The notes beneath the pieces are model-generated. The model was not told the DNA's origin. It saw nothing but the letters and a program-made list of their open reading frames with translations, and searched no databases. Positions 25,873-38,967 of a DNA stretch of 64,000 bases are shown here, piece by piece. The stretch is from the NCBI GenBank assembly GCA_951406725.2, contig OX597817.1:38440001-38504000 (forward strand). The letters run 5' to 3'. This DNA is from Octopus vulgaris (lineage: Eukaryota). The position numbers were made by a program, and so were the translations under genes. Positions within the stretch are counted from its first letter, which is position 1, and each line of letters begins with the position of its first letter.

Positions 25873-26695
25873 CATATATGCATTCATGGATGTGTTAATA
25901 ATATATACTTACATGTTCACACACACATACACGCACGCACATACACACACACACACACACACACTGTATAATACGCACAAATCAGTCTGATTTAATTAGT
26001 ACTGCCGATTCTAGTTTTTCCCAATTTTATTTATTGTATTTTAATGTCTGAAGGATAATGTGTGGGAGATGACTACTTGAAAAAGTAAATTAATATTCAT
26101 TGATCTCTCCATATTGTTCACTGTCATTCTGTCACCCTATTTGGTAATAAAAATAACTTTTTTATGGCGTCATGATACTTTACGTCAGTTATGTAAGGGC
26201 GGAAGAATTCGTATGGCCGTTTAATGATTCTTCTAGATGATAAAATATATTTCGTTGTTGTCATGCTAATTATTGTTGTTCTCATTAGGGAAATCCACCA
26301 AATGAAATTCTAACCGTGACCATCTCATTGTTTCAGGTATAGTTTGTCTTGGATCATAATACAGAATACGTCCTTCTATTTTTTTTCTCTTTTCACAAGA
26401 TGTTGTGGTAATGGTGGTGAGCCTGCGACATACCAGCAGTAGTGACACAGGGTGGATTTTGAGCAAATATCTAATGTTATAAAAAGCTTATCAATAAGCA
26501 TTTATCTAAGCTTATATATACGTATGTTTGAAAAAAAAAAGCAGAATAGAAATGGGTTTTCTGATAATTTTTCTACTTTAATAGTTTATAAATGATTAAG
26601 CAGCTAATTAATAAAGTAGAAAAATTATCAAAAAAGTCATCTCCGTTTTTGAAATATATACTACTGTACCAAGGATTTTCTATTTCTAATTCTAC

Positions 26696-26727
<32 letters not shown>

Positions 26728-27242
26728 AGTGCCCGTTCAATAAAGTTAATATTAAAGAAATTGAAATTTCGATACACCGGGCTAAAAAGTTCATCACTCT
26801 GCTTGGGTATGATTTGAGAAATCTGGCTGTTATTTCTAATTAAGTAAAATGATAGTGTGGAAGCTTCTTTACAATTATCTAATAAAACTGACAACTATAT
26901 AAACCTTACATATCTACTGTGGGCCAATAGCAGATTATCTACATGGTCAATCGATCTTCTAAATATGGCGGAAAAAATACCTGCCACAAATTCAATCGTT
27001 TTTAAAAGAAAAACCACACAGATGAAGACAATGATGAAATGCCAACGTTTAAAATGAACGATAATAACAACAACATTGACCTTTTCGAAATACCTCATTA
27101 TATTATTTAGAAAAGATCTGAAATTTTACTAGGTTCGACCATCTTTAATTCCAGCTGTGGAAGCTCGTGTTCGTACATTTTTTCACAAAGCCGGCCAATT
27201 CACACAAAAATGATGTAAGATATATATATATATATATATATA

Positions 27243-27395
27243 CAAATTGAAGGTATGGAACAGGTAAAAGCTACATATGTTTCCAAGCTAGCAGATCCTC
27301 AGATGTAATAATTAATCAACGTGGGGTACTCAGCTAGCTACTCACCAGGCCAAAGATACCTTAATTATATGAAAGTTACATTGTCGTTTGGGAAT
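27243..27395 (-). mobile_element. Single-arm copy of the 6506-6860 module with a degenerate hammerhead (27269-27351)
   Basis: Minus strand GGC-CTGGTGA-GTAGCTAGC...GCTAGCTTG-GAAAC-atat-GTA-GCT; flanks align with 6510-6665. Confidence 0.65.
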
Positions 27396-27399
27396 CCCA

Positions 27400-28185
27400 A
27401 ATTAACTTGTGTCACAGCTAGCGAGCATATTCATTGATAATGTGGTCCAAAAATGCAGTAGCACCTCATTTCCAGTGTCTGTATCTTCTGAATCTCACCC
27501 GTGAAAGTCGATGCTTTACATGATAAGAAGAAAATAGATAATGTCAATGCTAGCAGGAGTCTTATTTTGTTGATTATAATGATGTATCTATTTCTCCATT
27601 TTGACTTGAGTCTGGTTAGGGCAGTCATAGTCTATGCGGTTCATGCTCTGATTTCAGGTCTTATCCCTTATCATTAATAATTGCTCCCAGATATCTGATT
27701 TTATGAACTAATCTCTAGTTTTTGTTGTACAGATGTGTTAAAACGGCATCGTTGACATCTCTCATGAGTTTTATTCTTCTGACACCAATTTCCATCTCAC
27801 ACTTGATGGAACCTCTATCAAGGTAGTTGACAATCATGCTGTCTGTTCTTTCTACCAATCCATGTCAGCAACAAATCTTAAATTTTTGCTTATCCTACGT
27901 CTGATGGTGATTGTATCCACATATGTCTTATTATCCGTTCCAGGAAAATGTTGAAGAAAGATGGAGAGAGGAAGGTCGGAACTACGCTTCGATAGTACCT
28001 TGTACGAGTGTGTATGCTGGTTGCTTTGGCGTAAAGTTGTTTAATAAAATGAGTCAACTTCTGGCCCATTTTCATTGCCGCCTGTACAGTATCGCACTAA
28101 AATCCTTCTTCAGTTCGATGACGATATGGTATAGCTCTTACCGGTATTGGTGCAGACTGAAGATCTGTTTAGTCGTGCTCTTTCA
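27400..28185 (-). mobile_element. Decayed RTE-clade LINE RT fragment
   Basis: IKQLYAKATS, LSPSFFNIFLERII and TALTRLKSKWRN...KIRLL...IQTLEMRCY. Confidence 0.85.
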
Positions 28186-28193
28186 TATATATA

Positions 28194-29060
28194 CTAGCTG
28201 AGTATCCCGTTGTCGCCGAGTAATTTTCTCAATAGAATGCCTTGGCGGACATTCGGAGTAGCACGCCCTCATAAGTTGAATTTTCTCCGTTTTGAAGGGG
28301 TTTTTCAATTTTATTTTTTGCACCACACCCTTGCAAATTATGGGGTTAAGCGTTTTATGAAGAAAAAAAAATTTGAAAATTTATGAATTCCCACTCCACT
28401 TTTGACCGATTTTCTGTTTTTTTTCTTCTTTTTCTTTTTATACACTATGCGCTTAAAAACAAGAGAGGCGAATTTTCGGTAAAAAAAAAAAAGTTTGAAA
28501 ATTTATGAATTTCTCAAACTCCCTTCTTCCACTCAGTTCCGATTTGGGCCATTTCTTTCTTTCTTTCTTTCATTCTTTCTTTCTTTCACTACGCGCTTAA
28601 AAACGGTGGGAGAAACCTTGAAGGTTAAAAAAAGACAATTTTGGAAATTGGCAATCACCATTATAATCACAGAAAATGAAAGCTAATTTCAAAACAAGAG
28701 TGAGTTTTTTCATTAATTTTTTTTTTTTTTCATTCATGTTTCTTTCACTGCATAAATCTTAAAATTTTGGCTCTCTTTCGAATTTATGTTCAGAGTTTTA
28801 AAATACGGACAGACCGAATCTGCAGTTTGTTTTTGTTTATAGTTGGAAAATAATCTTCAGATTTAGCTGCATAACAAATAGTAAAAATAGCATAAACTGG
28901 TAAAGATAGTCTCTGACACAAATTTTTAAATTTTAAAATTAAGTGGAAATTTAAAAATTGGGTATATTGGTATACATTTTGACAGTGAATCCGATTTGAG
29001 GATTCATTTATTCCAGAAAATTTTCGGAAGAATGGCACAGAGGCTTAATGATTTATGATT
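28194..29060 (-). mobile_element. Probable non-autonomous Helitron with internal duplications
   Basis: TATA-CTAG followed by a weak hairpin; duplicated TTTGAAAATTTATGAATT and CACTA.GCGCTTAAAAAC blocks; far boundary uncertain. Confidence 0.5.
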
Positions 29061-29177
29061 TTTACCCGAAAATACGATTTTGTGTGTGATAGCTGTTTAT
29101 CATAAAATGAAAGTAAACATAAGAAGTTTTAAATAAAATGAAAGCAATATGTGAGAGATAATACATATACACAGAGC

Positions 29178-29268
29178 GTGGTTAAGTGGTACATCAAGGT
29201 GAGAAGAGGGAAAAAATTGTTATTAACAATTCTTTCCCTCTTCTCACCTTGATGTTCTACTTAACCAC
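29178..29268. repeat. 91-bp fold-back inverted repeat
   Basis: GTGGTTAAGT..ACATCAAGGTGAGAAGAGGGAAA mirrored around a 3-nt loop. Confidence 0.9.
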
Positions 29269-30188
29269 TCTTTCTGATCTTGAATTTACCTAAAGACCCG
29301 ATCCAACTGGATTTAATTGGGCCCTCCTACTCTCCAGGACATAATGAACCACAACAAATATTTCTCCGATGACGGACATTCGGTTTATAGAGTCTTCGCT
29401 CGATATAATGTTCCAATACCTAGGGTATCTCACAAACAGCCGTCAGAGACTATCTTTACCAGTTTATGCTATTTTTACCATTCGTTATGCAGCAAAATTT
29501 TTAGACTGAATTAAATGAAATTAAATGTCCTTGTCCAGCTTTGACTAATTGTTTGCCTTTCTTCCTTACTTTAACCCATACATATATATAGTTGTTCTTC
29601 TTCGTCTTCTTCCTCTCCACCACCCCTGTCCTAACTTTACCATTAATGCTCTTTAGAATAACATCTACGCAAATTTTATAAACAAAACATTCAAAAGAGA
29701 TGTCTCAGGAATTCAATCACTACTACCATCCAGAACAGGTCACTTTCAGGGCACACGACCATTTAACATACTACTATCATGGCACTCCCGCATTCTTCTT
29801 CTTCTTCTTCTTCTTCTTCTTCTTCTTCTTCTTCTTCTTCTTCTTCTTCTTCTTCCTCTTCCATACCAAGAATTCACAACGACCTCGAACCCACAAGAGA
29901 CACAGAAACAGGCAGAAACAAGAAAAATGCCCCTTGTATTTGAACACAATGCAAATATTCTTTTAAAAAACTTTTCATTTAATTTTTCCAAAATTTAATT
30001 GTTTTCCATACTTACAGTTGAAAAAGTCTGAATGACTGAAACCGATACTGAAATGTTTTTTTATAAAATTATTTTAGCATTTTCTACTTTGATTTTTTTC
30101 CATATATGCCAATTCGTGTGTTCCTTTTCAACCTTCTACATATATATATATACACACACACACCCACACACCCACACCCACACACACA

Positions 30189-30734
30189 CAGTAATACCTC
30201 ACTTTACGAGGACCCACTTTACGAGACTCAGGGTTTACGAATTTTATTTTTCAAGCACGAGATCCAATTCTGAACGAAGTGCAAAAGTTTCTACTACTAT
30301 AACAAATGCTTCTGCGTGTTACCGAGAAATTTATAGAGAGCGAAAGAAAGCATCTAAGCAAACAGCTTTACACTTGTTTTTAAAAACAAATCTACAATTC
30401 CGTCAACGAGTGCTTGTGAATCGGCAATCGCAACGACACGTTGTGCGAGTCCAGTGCGAGTGAAAGTGATTCAGAAAGCGATTATAATAATAATTTTTTA
30501 TTGTAATTTATCTTAACATTCATTTTACTTTACATAAAATATTTTTTACATTCTACTGTAGTTTTTATTGCAATTTATTTACGAGTAGTATAATTTTTAT
30601 TGGTAAAATATTTTTCTGAGAGCAAATTACGATTTATAACATTGATTCTATGGAAATTATTGCTCTGTTTTACGAGTTTTCGTTTTACGAGCGGTCTCCG
30701 GAAACAAATTAACTCGTATATCAAGACATTACTG
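30189..30734 (+). mobile_element. Internally deleted Tigger/pogo-like DNA transposon (MITE)
   Basis: TIRs CAGTAATACCTCACTTTACGAG / CTCGTATATCAAGACATTACTG followed by TA; internal CYREIYRERKKASKQTALHLF resembles the Tigger transposase C-terminus. Confidence 0.8.
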
Positions 30735-30747
30735 TACATACATATAT

Positions 30748-31045
30748 TCTTTTATTCTTTTAACTGTTTCAGTCATTTGACTGCAGCTATGCTGGTGAAC
30801 CACCTTAAAGGGTCATGTCCGAAAGAAAATCGACCCAGTACTTACTCTTTCTAAGCCTAGTACTTATTCTATCGGTCTCTTTTGCCGAACCGCTAATTTA
30901 CGGAGACGTAAACACACCAATATCGGTTGAAAAGCGATGGGGGAGAGGACAAACACAGACTCAAAGACGCACACATAAATATATATATACGACGTGCTTC
31001 TTTCAATTTCTGTCTACCAAATCCACTCACAAAGATTTGGACGGC
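30748..31045 (-). mobile_element. SINE family A lacking its tRNA head
   Basis: Aligns with 95-395. Confidence 0.85.
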
Positions 31046-31061
31046 CTGAGAAGGAGAAGCT

Positions 31062-31388
31062 TCGTAATAACTGTTTTTCCTGTCCCCCCAGGAGCATCAA
31101 CGAAGATAATTCCTCCCTTGCGTTGGCGTTTACTGTTAAGAATATTTCTGTAAGCCCGTAGCTAGTCCGAAAGTAATTTTTACTCGTTTTCAACAATGTA
31201 CTTTGAAAGCGCTTGAGTGCCATAGGATGTTTCACGAATGACAGCAGTGGGAAGCCTATTTGAACCTGATCTGAAAGTTTGTAGCAGGCCACATGTGGAC
31301 ACTTAATTTTCACCCAGTGTAGCAATTCTGTCAATAATGTCAATGTGAGTTTTGTTGTAGACTTCATCGTTGATACCTTCCATGTCAG
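31062..31388 (-). pseudogene. Fragment of a Helitron PIF1-type helicase
   Basis: Minus strand YIVENE*KLLSD*LRAYRNILNSKRQRKGGIIFVDAPGG, then a frameshift, then GKTV (Walker A). Confidence 0.75.
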
Positions 31389-31395
31389 ATATAAT

Positions 31396-31452
<57 letters not shown>

Positions 31453-31469
31453 TTATTTGTATATATATG

Positions 31470-31533
<64 letters not shown>

Positions 31534-31538
31534 ACATT

Positions 31539-31579
<41 letters not shown>

Positions 31580-31761
31580 GCGAAATATATGTATATGAAA
31601 TATACATATGTCTATATATATATATGAAATATATATATAAATATGAAATATATGTGTATATAAACATGAAACATATATATATGTGAAATATATATACATG
31701 TATTTATATACATATATATGTGTGTGTGTGTGTAAGTATGTATGTATGTATGTATATAATC

Positions 31762-31933
31762 AAAATAAGCAACAAGGATATCCAGTGGTAATGCTGTACG
31801 ATCTTTTCATGCAACTCCATTTAATTGAACAATGCAATTAATAAATTGATGTAATGATTGCATTGTTCAATTAAATGGAGTTGCATGGAACGATGGTACT
31901 GAATTACTTCTAGATATCCTTGTTGCTTATTTT
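31762..31933. repeat. 172-bp inverted repeat related to the end of the 1131-1579 module
   Basis: AAAATAAGCAACAAGGATATC mirrored; arms carry a GAAA-gatc-GTA-like half hammerhead. Confidence 0.85.
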
Positions 31934-32045
31934 CATTTTCATCACCTTATTTTGAAATTGTATGGATAATACCGTACTAAATTCTGGTGCCTCAACTTAA
32001 GTCCCAGATTCATCTGAATCTAAATTTTGGCTGAACTCATCTACC

Positions 32046-32087
<42 letters not shown>

Positions 32088-32123
32088 TATATGTAGATAT
32101 ATATGAAATATATATATAGAGAG

Positions 32124-32230
32124 AGAAGATAAGAAATGGAGCAATAATTAACAGTGAGAAGTCGGCTGTTGGTACTTAAAAGTGATGAACCACTTCTCAT
32201 TGTTAATTATTGCTCCATTTCTTATGTTCT
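32124..32230. repeat. Inverted repeat with about 39-bp arms inside TA repeats
   Basis: ATAAGAAATGGAGCAATAATTAACA.TGAGAAGT / ACTTCTCA.TGTTAATTATTGCTCCATTTCTTAT. Confidence 0.9.
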
Positions 32231-32402
32231 ATATATATATATTAAACCACGGTTTTACCTTTAAATTCCCTATTACCGCATACCTTATAACGCGGACTAT
32301 ACATTGTAAGGAAACACACCAGGAGTGCGTACGGGTACATCTATCCTTCAGATGGTTGCATAACCTCTAACTTATAACTTGCTTATTATATATATATATA
32401 TA

Positions 32403-32938
32403 CCTTTATCAAAGAGAGAAAATTGAAAATAGGACAAGTAACATAAAGAGCGAATCTTCATCAGTTGTCGCCTGTCTATCTACTCCTTATTTCGAGCATT
32501 CAATGACAATATGAGTCTTCGAAGACAGTCGCTCCCATAAATTCCAAAATAAAATTTTGGATTTGTGGAAGGTCAAAGTTGGGAACGAAACAGGACAGTG
32601 GAGACATACAAAGAAAGCAACATGGAGAGTCGTTAGACCATCGTCGTTGGATCAGAGCGAGAGGAAAATAGTGAAAGCTGGGAGGAATATTTTCTTTGAA
32701 AAGAGAAAAGATAGAAGAGAGAGAAAGAAAACGCCCAGTCCTTAGAACGTTGTGCATGAACAGAAAGATGATCACATGAGGAAAAGAAAGATGGACGATG
32801 GTCACATATGAGCAACGAGAAAGGGAAAATAGAAAGAAGGAGAGAGCCAGACTGGTGGACAGATAGAAAACGGTGAAGGAGAGAAAAAGGGAATTCGAGA
32901 AGGATAGAGGAGAAAACAGTATAGAGTAGAGTCGCATT
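32403..32938 (-). mobile_element. TA-embedded non-coding element, homologous in opposite orientation to 57040-57451
   Basis: Shared GTCTTCGAAGAC, CAAAATAAAATTT, CAGGACAGTGGAGACATACA, AATATTTTCTTTGAAAAGAGAAAAGATAGAAG and ACAACTGATGAAG. Confidence 0.75.
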
Positions 32939-33009
<71 letters not shown>

Positions 33010-33249
33010 GGAACAAATAGAGAGGGATTATCAATCAGGGCAAAATACTTCATAAGCTCTTTGTTGGCATACCAGATTAACAAAATTACGTAGATTAGTG
33101 AAGAACCCAAAGTAATCTTCTGGTCGGGTTCAAGGTTCTAGTTCATCACAATTCTATATTAGAAATCCGTGGATAGGCTTCAGACAAACTGGTTTTTACG
33201 CAGAGTAATATATAAGAAACAAATTTAAAATAATGGTCATTACATATCA

Positions 33250-34312
33250 TTCCTTTATTGGACCAAATTTGGCTTGGTTATAATGATTACTGGAAACAGC
33301 TGTAAGCCAAATTTGCTCCAAAAGAGGCAATATTAACTGTAGTAGTACTGCCACAAGCTGCGTCTTTGTTTTGCAATTTCTCTCCTGTTCGTTGATCTTT
33401 GCGATGGCTGAAACGAAGGAACAGCGTGCTTCCGTGAAATTCTGGTTCTGCTGGGGAAAACGGCGGCCGAACTTGATATGATTGGTGTGTCCTGGAGCTC
33501 CTGCCAACGTATTTTGAACGAGGAATTGCGAATGAAAAGAGTTGCAGCAAAATTTGTGTCTCACTTGGTCACGGAAGATCAAAAGCAGTCACGATTAAAT
33601 GCGTGTCGTGAACTGAAAGAACAGTTGGAAGTTGATCCGGACCTGTTTTCGAAAGTCATCACTAGTGACAAAAGTTGGCGTTACTGCTACAACCCGGAAA
33701 CGAAGCAGCAATCAAATCAATGGAAGCATTCAATGTAACTACTTCCCAAAACAGTGCGTCAAGTGATGTCCAATGTCAAGATGATGCTGATTTGTTTCAT
33801 CGATGTGTAGGGAATTGTTCACACAGAATTCCTTCCGCCTGGTCAAATTGTTAACCAGACATATTATTTGGCAGTTCTAAAGCATTTGGGAGATGCGGTG
33901 AGACAAAAACGCCTCGATCTGTGGCATAGTAGAAAGTGGTGGTTTCATCACGATAATGCACTTGCACACACTGCCTTGAGTGTAAGACAATTTTTTTCCC
34001 CAAAATGGTATGACTCCGCTTACCCACCTTCCCTATTCACCCGATCTTTATCCCTGCGACTTTTTTTTCTTTTGTTTCCTTGAATGAAAAATGTCCTTAA
34101 AGGAAAACATTTTGAAGATGTGGAAGAAGTGAAAAAAAAACGATGGAGGCGTCAAAAGCATCACTTCGCAAGAGTTCCAGGACAACTTCGAAGAGTGGAA
34201 AACGCGTCTGAACTGATACATTACTTCAAATGGAAAATACTTTGAAGGCGGTAAAACTAAGTGGATGAAATAATATTGCAAAATTCTGGTTTATTTTGGG
34301 TATCCCTTTGTA
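33250..34312 (+). mobile_element. Mariner transposon remnant (DD34D transposase pseudogene, internally deleted)
   Basis: MAETKEQRASVKF at 33404; AAKFVSHL, VITSDKSW, FHHDNALAH, YSPDLSPCDFF and GKYFEG motifs with stops and frameshifts. Confidence 0.93.
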
Positions 34313-34396
34313 TACTATTCACCAAACAAATTTTTCAATGCATATACAATTCACCAACCATAGAATTGATAATTGGTAATTAGAGACTTGGGTGTT

Positions 34397-34470
<74 letters not shown>

Positions 34471-34689
34471 AGTGAAAAATTGAATAATTGAATTTAAATA
34501 ACCATGTCCTCGAACCGGCAAAATTCACTGCAGAGAATTATTTTCTGCAGAATTATTTCCGGTAATTTGGCTCGCCAAAACGAAGACATTTGAAATATAA
34601 CCCCAAATGTACTTGGCAGAACTATATGCATGTTCAATCTCATGCGGACGTCTTGTGTATAGTACTGCAAATTATATTTTGCTATGACG

Positions 34690-34760
34690 ATCACACTGAT
34701 GGATTGCAGGCATTTACGTAAGTATTACGTAAGCGGTAACAATGAAACCGGATTTGTGAT
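34690..34760 (+). ncRNA. Degenerate hammerhead ribozyme motif
   Basis: Stem I ATCACA/TGTGAT; core CTGATGG (A9 changed to G); stem II ATTG/CAAT; GAAAC-cgg-ATT. Confidence 0.45.
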
Positions 34761-35538
34761 TAATCTTTATATTTTGTATCTTTTCATTTGTCTTACTCGC
34801 TTACGTTCTGGCGTTTGCTGAATTTTCTTGAGTACAATCTTTTCTTAGTGGTCAGATCATATGGGGTCTACCTCTAGCATGTATGTAACATATATATATT
34901 CAAATTAGAATAATTTATACTAGTGGACGTTTCAGTACTTTGAAAACTGTGAGAATCTTGGAAGCTTATAAAGAAATATGAAATGCATAATTTCTTTTGA
35001 AATTGTATTTCTTCTGCAGCATTTGATTCTGATATACTGTAAAACCCACATAGGTAGTACTGAAGATGAAATATTAGAAGAATATCCGTGAAAACTTCAT
35101 ACTTTTTATATACTCGTAACTCGTACTTTCAGAATTATCATCAATATTTTTTTACATTCACATCAAAAAGTTAACAATCTTAACCATTGTACGATATCAA
35201 ACGAAATCTGTCAATAATTATTATTCAAATACAAGACGGCAATGTGGATAGAGCTTGCACAAATCTTAATATGCTATACTACACACTTATTTTTATACCA
35301 GAGAAAACCGCATATAGCTAGAGTTGAACCCAATGAATGAAGCACAGTAGCTTTTTCACTGCACTGTAGATTCTATAATGAAAGAATATACCAGTAGAAA
35401 TAAAAGTGTGTGTGTAGTTAAAAAGTTCGTTTCACAACGACATGGTGCCTTCGGTATCTTTTAGTATAGTTCAGTTTGGGCAATGTCTTTAGAACGAAAT
35501 TTGGTAAGTGGAAATTGTGCTGAATGTGAATGTGTGTA

Positions 35539-35635
<97 letters not shown>

Positions 35636-35689
35636 ATCTTTGTGTGCGCCTGTGTCAACGGTTATGTTTATACTTCCAAAATTCAACAC

Positions 35690-35907
35690 TCGACAATTCG
35701 TCTCCGGTTATTTCGTCGTCGGTTAATTTGTCCCTGTCAATTCGTCGTTGATCAATTCATCCCCAGGTCAATTCGTCGCTGGCCAATTCGTCCCAAAATA
35801 CTATCAAATGTGATTTTCGAGGGAAAGTTTAGAACAATCCCTTTAGAATTAAAATTGTCGTTGGACACTTTTAGATAATTTTTTTTCCTTTCTTTAACCA
35901 CCCCTTC

Positions 35908-35969
<62 letters not shown>

Positions 35970-37518
35970 TTAAGTATCTGCGCTGAACAGTTTACGAACA
36001 AAGATTTTCAAGCAAATCGAATTAAATTTATTCAATACGCCTACCCATCAACATGACTACCTGGAAGATCATAACTTCAGAGAAAGGCAAAATCATAGTC
36101 GATCAAGATATATACACAAAAAATAAGCAGAATACAGATGGATTGAAGATATAGTGGAGGTGCGAAAATCGTGTGTGCAAGGCGAGACTTCATACAGATG
36201 AAAATTGTAAAGAGCTTAAGAAGATTGGGATCCATAATCATGCTTCAACTCTTGCAGGGGTAAATGCAAGGATAATAGTTTCAAATATTAAATTAAAGTC
36301 TATTTCATTTCTTGATGCCCCTCGCTCAGTTATCACTGGTGAAGTTCAGAATTTAAACGACTGTATATTGTCGCAAATACCTCCGTTTGCACAACTTAAT
36401 AAGAATATTAGACGTTGGAGGCAAGCTAATTCCAACTATCCTGTCACCCCACTTATAAATATTGGATAGAAGAATCAAAACGAATAGTAATATTTACAAG
36501 TGACGAAGCACTTCGACAGTTAAAACAGAACAAGAACTGAGCGGCAGATGGAACATTTAAGTGTTGCTCTAGTGTATTTTTTCAGTTATATATACTTCAC
36601 ATTCAAATTGATAATTTTAATGCCCCACGATTGCTCTCTGACAAAAGTCAAGACACATATAGTAGACTTTTTGCCAAAATAAATGAATTACTTCAGAATG
36701 AGGGACCTGATAATATAATTATGGATTTCAAAAAGCAGCCCATAACGGATTTCTGGAATCATTGCCTGGTTTGAATTCGGCATGCTGCTTGTTACATCTA
36801 GGATAAAATGTGTACAAGCATGTTGTGCAAGGAGGACTAAAATACAGATATCACGAAGATGACAGTTTTAATCTAAAAATGCGGTGTTTTGTTCTTGCCT
36901 TCATGCTGGTTGATGATGTTGTAGATAGATATGAACAACTTGTAGATAATGATGATATTCCACAGTCAGTTGTATCCTATTTTGAAAATAATTACATAGG
37001 ACCACCTAAAGGAAGAGGACAGAGGAGGCGACGCCTTGAACCTCCATTTCCATTACCTATATGGAATGTTTGGGATTGATGTATGACGAACATTGCTCGT
37101 ATTACAAATAGTCTAGAAGTCTACTACAGCGCGCTGAAAAACACAGTGAATATCAGTCATCCAAATATTTGGAACTTATTGGTGTGATTAAATGTGAGGA
37201 AAGGTTTGCCAATACCAAATTGTAGAAGTTTATGCAAGAACCAAGTCAAAAGGAAAAAAATACAGAGACACGAACAGGCGTTTAAAAAAAGTCGTAGCAA
37301 AATATGATCTAAGCCAAAATATTTTTCTGAAAGCAAATTGCACACAATCTTAAATTTTAAGAAAAAATAAATATGTAATACAGCAAACCTTAAAATAAAC
37401 GTTTTTTTTTTTCTTAATTCAGATATTCGTTCTTCCATTTTTCCTATCATCTCAACGAATTGACCATTGGACAAATTAAACGACGACAAATTGCCGTCGA
37501 CGAATTGACCGGACATCC
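35690..37518 (+). mobile_element. MULE (Mutator-like) transposon remnant with FLYWCH and MULE transposase domains
   Basis: ATG near 36053; WRCENRVCKARLHT...HNH; ADGTFKCC..VFFQLY; IMDF; YFENNYIG; FPLPIWNV; inverted subterminal CAATTCGTC arrays at both ends. Confidence 0.9.
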
Positions 37519-38202
37519 TAGAGTGGAAATAATCGACTAAATCCTTGAAGGCAGTGCCCCAGCATAGCTAAAGTTGAAAAACTGAAACTAGTAAAAGAAT
37601 AAAAGAATAATGTGTACATAATATTATCAGTCAATCGTCTTTCAAACAATATAATACAATGCATATACAATAGACTGTCTTCGATTTCATTCCATAGTTT
37701 CCAACGATTTTATGAACTTACTAACAACATTTAGTTCCGTTTGATTTTTTCGATCCATTTCGGATAATATAAATGCTGTGTGACTAATAGATTATGGATT
37801 CGATTTCTTTCCATAGTTATTTTGTCATATAAACTGATGGCAGCAGAATAAAATTATAGATTACTAATTATTCTGTTATTATTAATAGATGATACGTTTT
37901 TAGCGAAGTTATCTATTGTCGAGTAGCTAACCTTAAGTGAGCTAAGGTTGGAAATTTTTTGCATTTATGTCCAATGTGAAAATAGAAACGCACATGTTTT
38001 CGAAATATTTTTCTGATTGAGATACTAACTTCATTTGCATAGCGCATTAAACCATATATCTTCCTTTTCATATACAGTGTGGGTTTTAAGTATCTAATTT
38101 TTTTTCTTTAGAACCATTAATTAGTAACGCGTTCTTATATTGGTCTGTTGCTATATTGAATGATAATGACTCACTATGTAAATAAGCTCGCATATTTTTT
38201 CC

Positions 38203-38247
38203 ACGTTATCTGATGAACCAGAAGTGGGTGAAACTGAGTCGTATTGT
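38203..38247 (+). ncRNA. Minimal hammerhead ribozyme motif
   Basis: Stem I ACGTTAT/GTATTGT (G-U pairs, one mismatch); CTGATGA; stem II ACC/GGT; GAAAC-tga-GTC. Confidence 0.55.
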
Positions 38248-38624
38248 AACATTGTAACATTCAGTTGCTAAATGTGTGTGTGTGTGTGTATGTGTGTGTG
38301 TGGTAGAAATTGTGATTACAAATAGATGTACGGCTACTACAATTATGTTCAGAGCTTCACGAGGCTGATTATAATCCCGTCTATTTCCTGTATAGTTGTT
38401 AAGTAACTTCTATACTGAGTAGTATTACCAGTTATTATCTACAGAGGAAATGTAAGAGAAATAACGCTAAACACAAGTTTATATTATAGTTCCGATGCGC
38501 ATTAAATAAAGTGTTCCCTCATGATCCCTTGTGATCGAGTATCTAAATGCATTCGGAACACCTAGTGCAGGGCTCAAAACAATCATAATGATGAAACGCG
38601 CATAGGAACTACAATACAAATTTG

Positions 38625-38800
38625 CATTTATCATTATTTCTCCTTCTCTCCGGGCGCTTCCTCTTTCTGACGAAAAGCCATGCTCAAAACGTCACACACC
38701 CTCTCTTTTTTTCCCATCTTAAACTGAGCGTCAACCTGATACATTCATTGTGTATATCTTTTGACCTTTGCTGTTTTCGTTTTTATTTTCATTTCCGACT
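38625..38800 (+). mobile_element. Diverged copy of the 56771-56977 module with a mutated hammerhead (38664-38697)
   Basis: TTT-CTGACGA-AAAGC-cat-GCTC-AAAAC-GTC (G12 changed to A), followed by CCCTC...CTGAGCGTC as in the other copies. Confidence 0.6.
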
Positions 38801-38967
38801 TGCCTATACATACATACATACATACATACATACATACATACATACATACATACATACATACATACATACACACATACATACATACATACATACATACATA
38901 CATACATACATACATACATACATACTGCTTAATAAAAACCTTTCCGTTTTCTCATTATAGCTTTCAG

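Noticed and set aside
26592-27200. Short ORFs suggesting a host gene
   Set aside because: Interrupted by a TA repeat and stops; only faint resemblance to a LINE RT C-terminus
35056-35104. AGTA-CTGAAGA...GAAA...TACT hammerhead-like layout
   Set aside because: Stem II base and stem III are irregular; could be chance in AT-rich DNA
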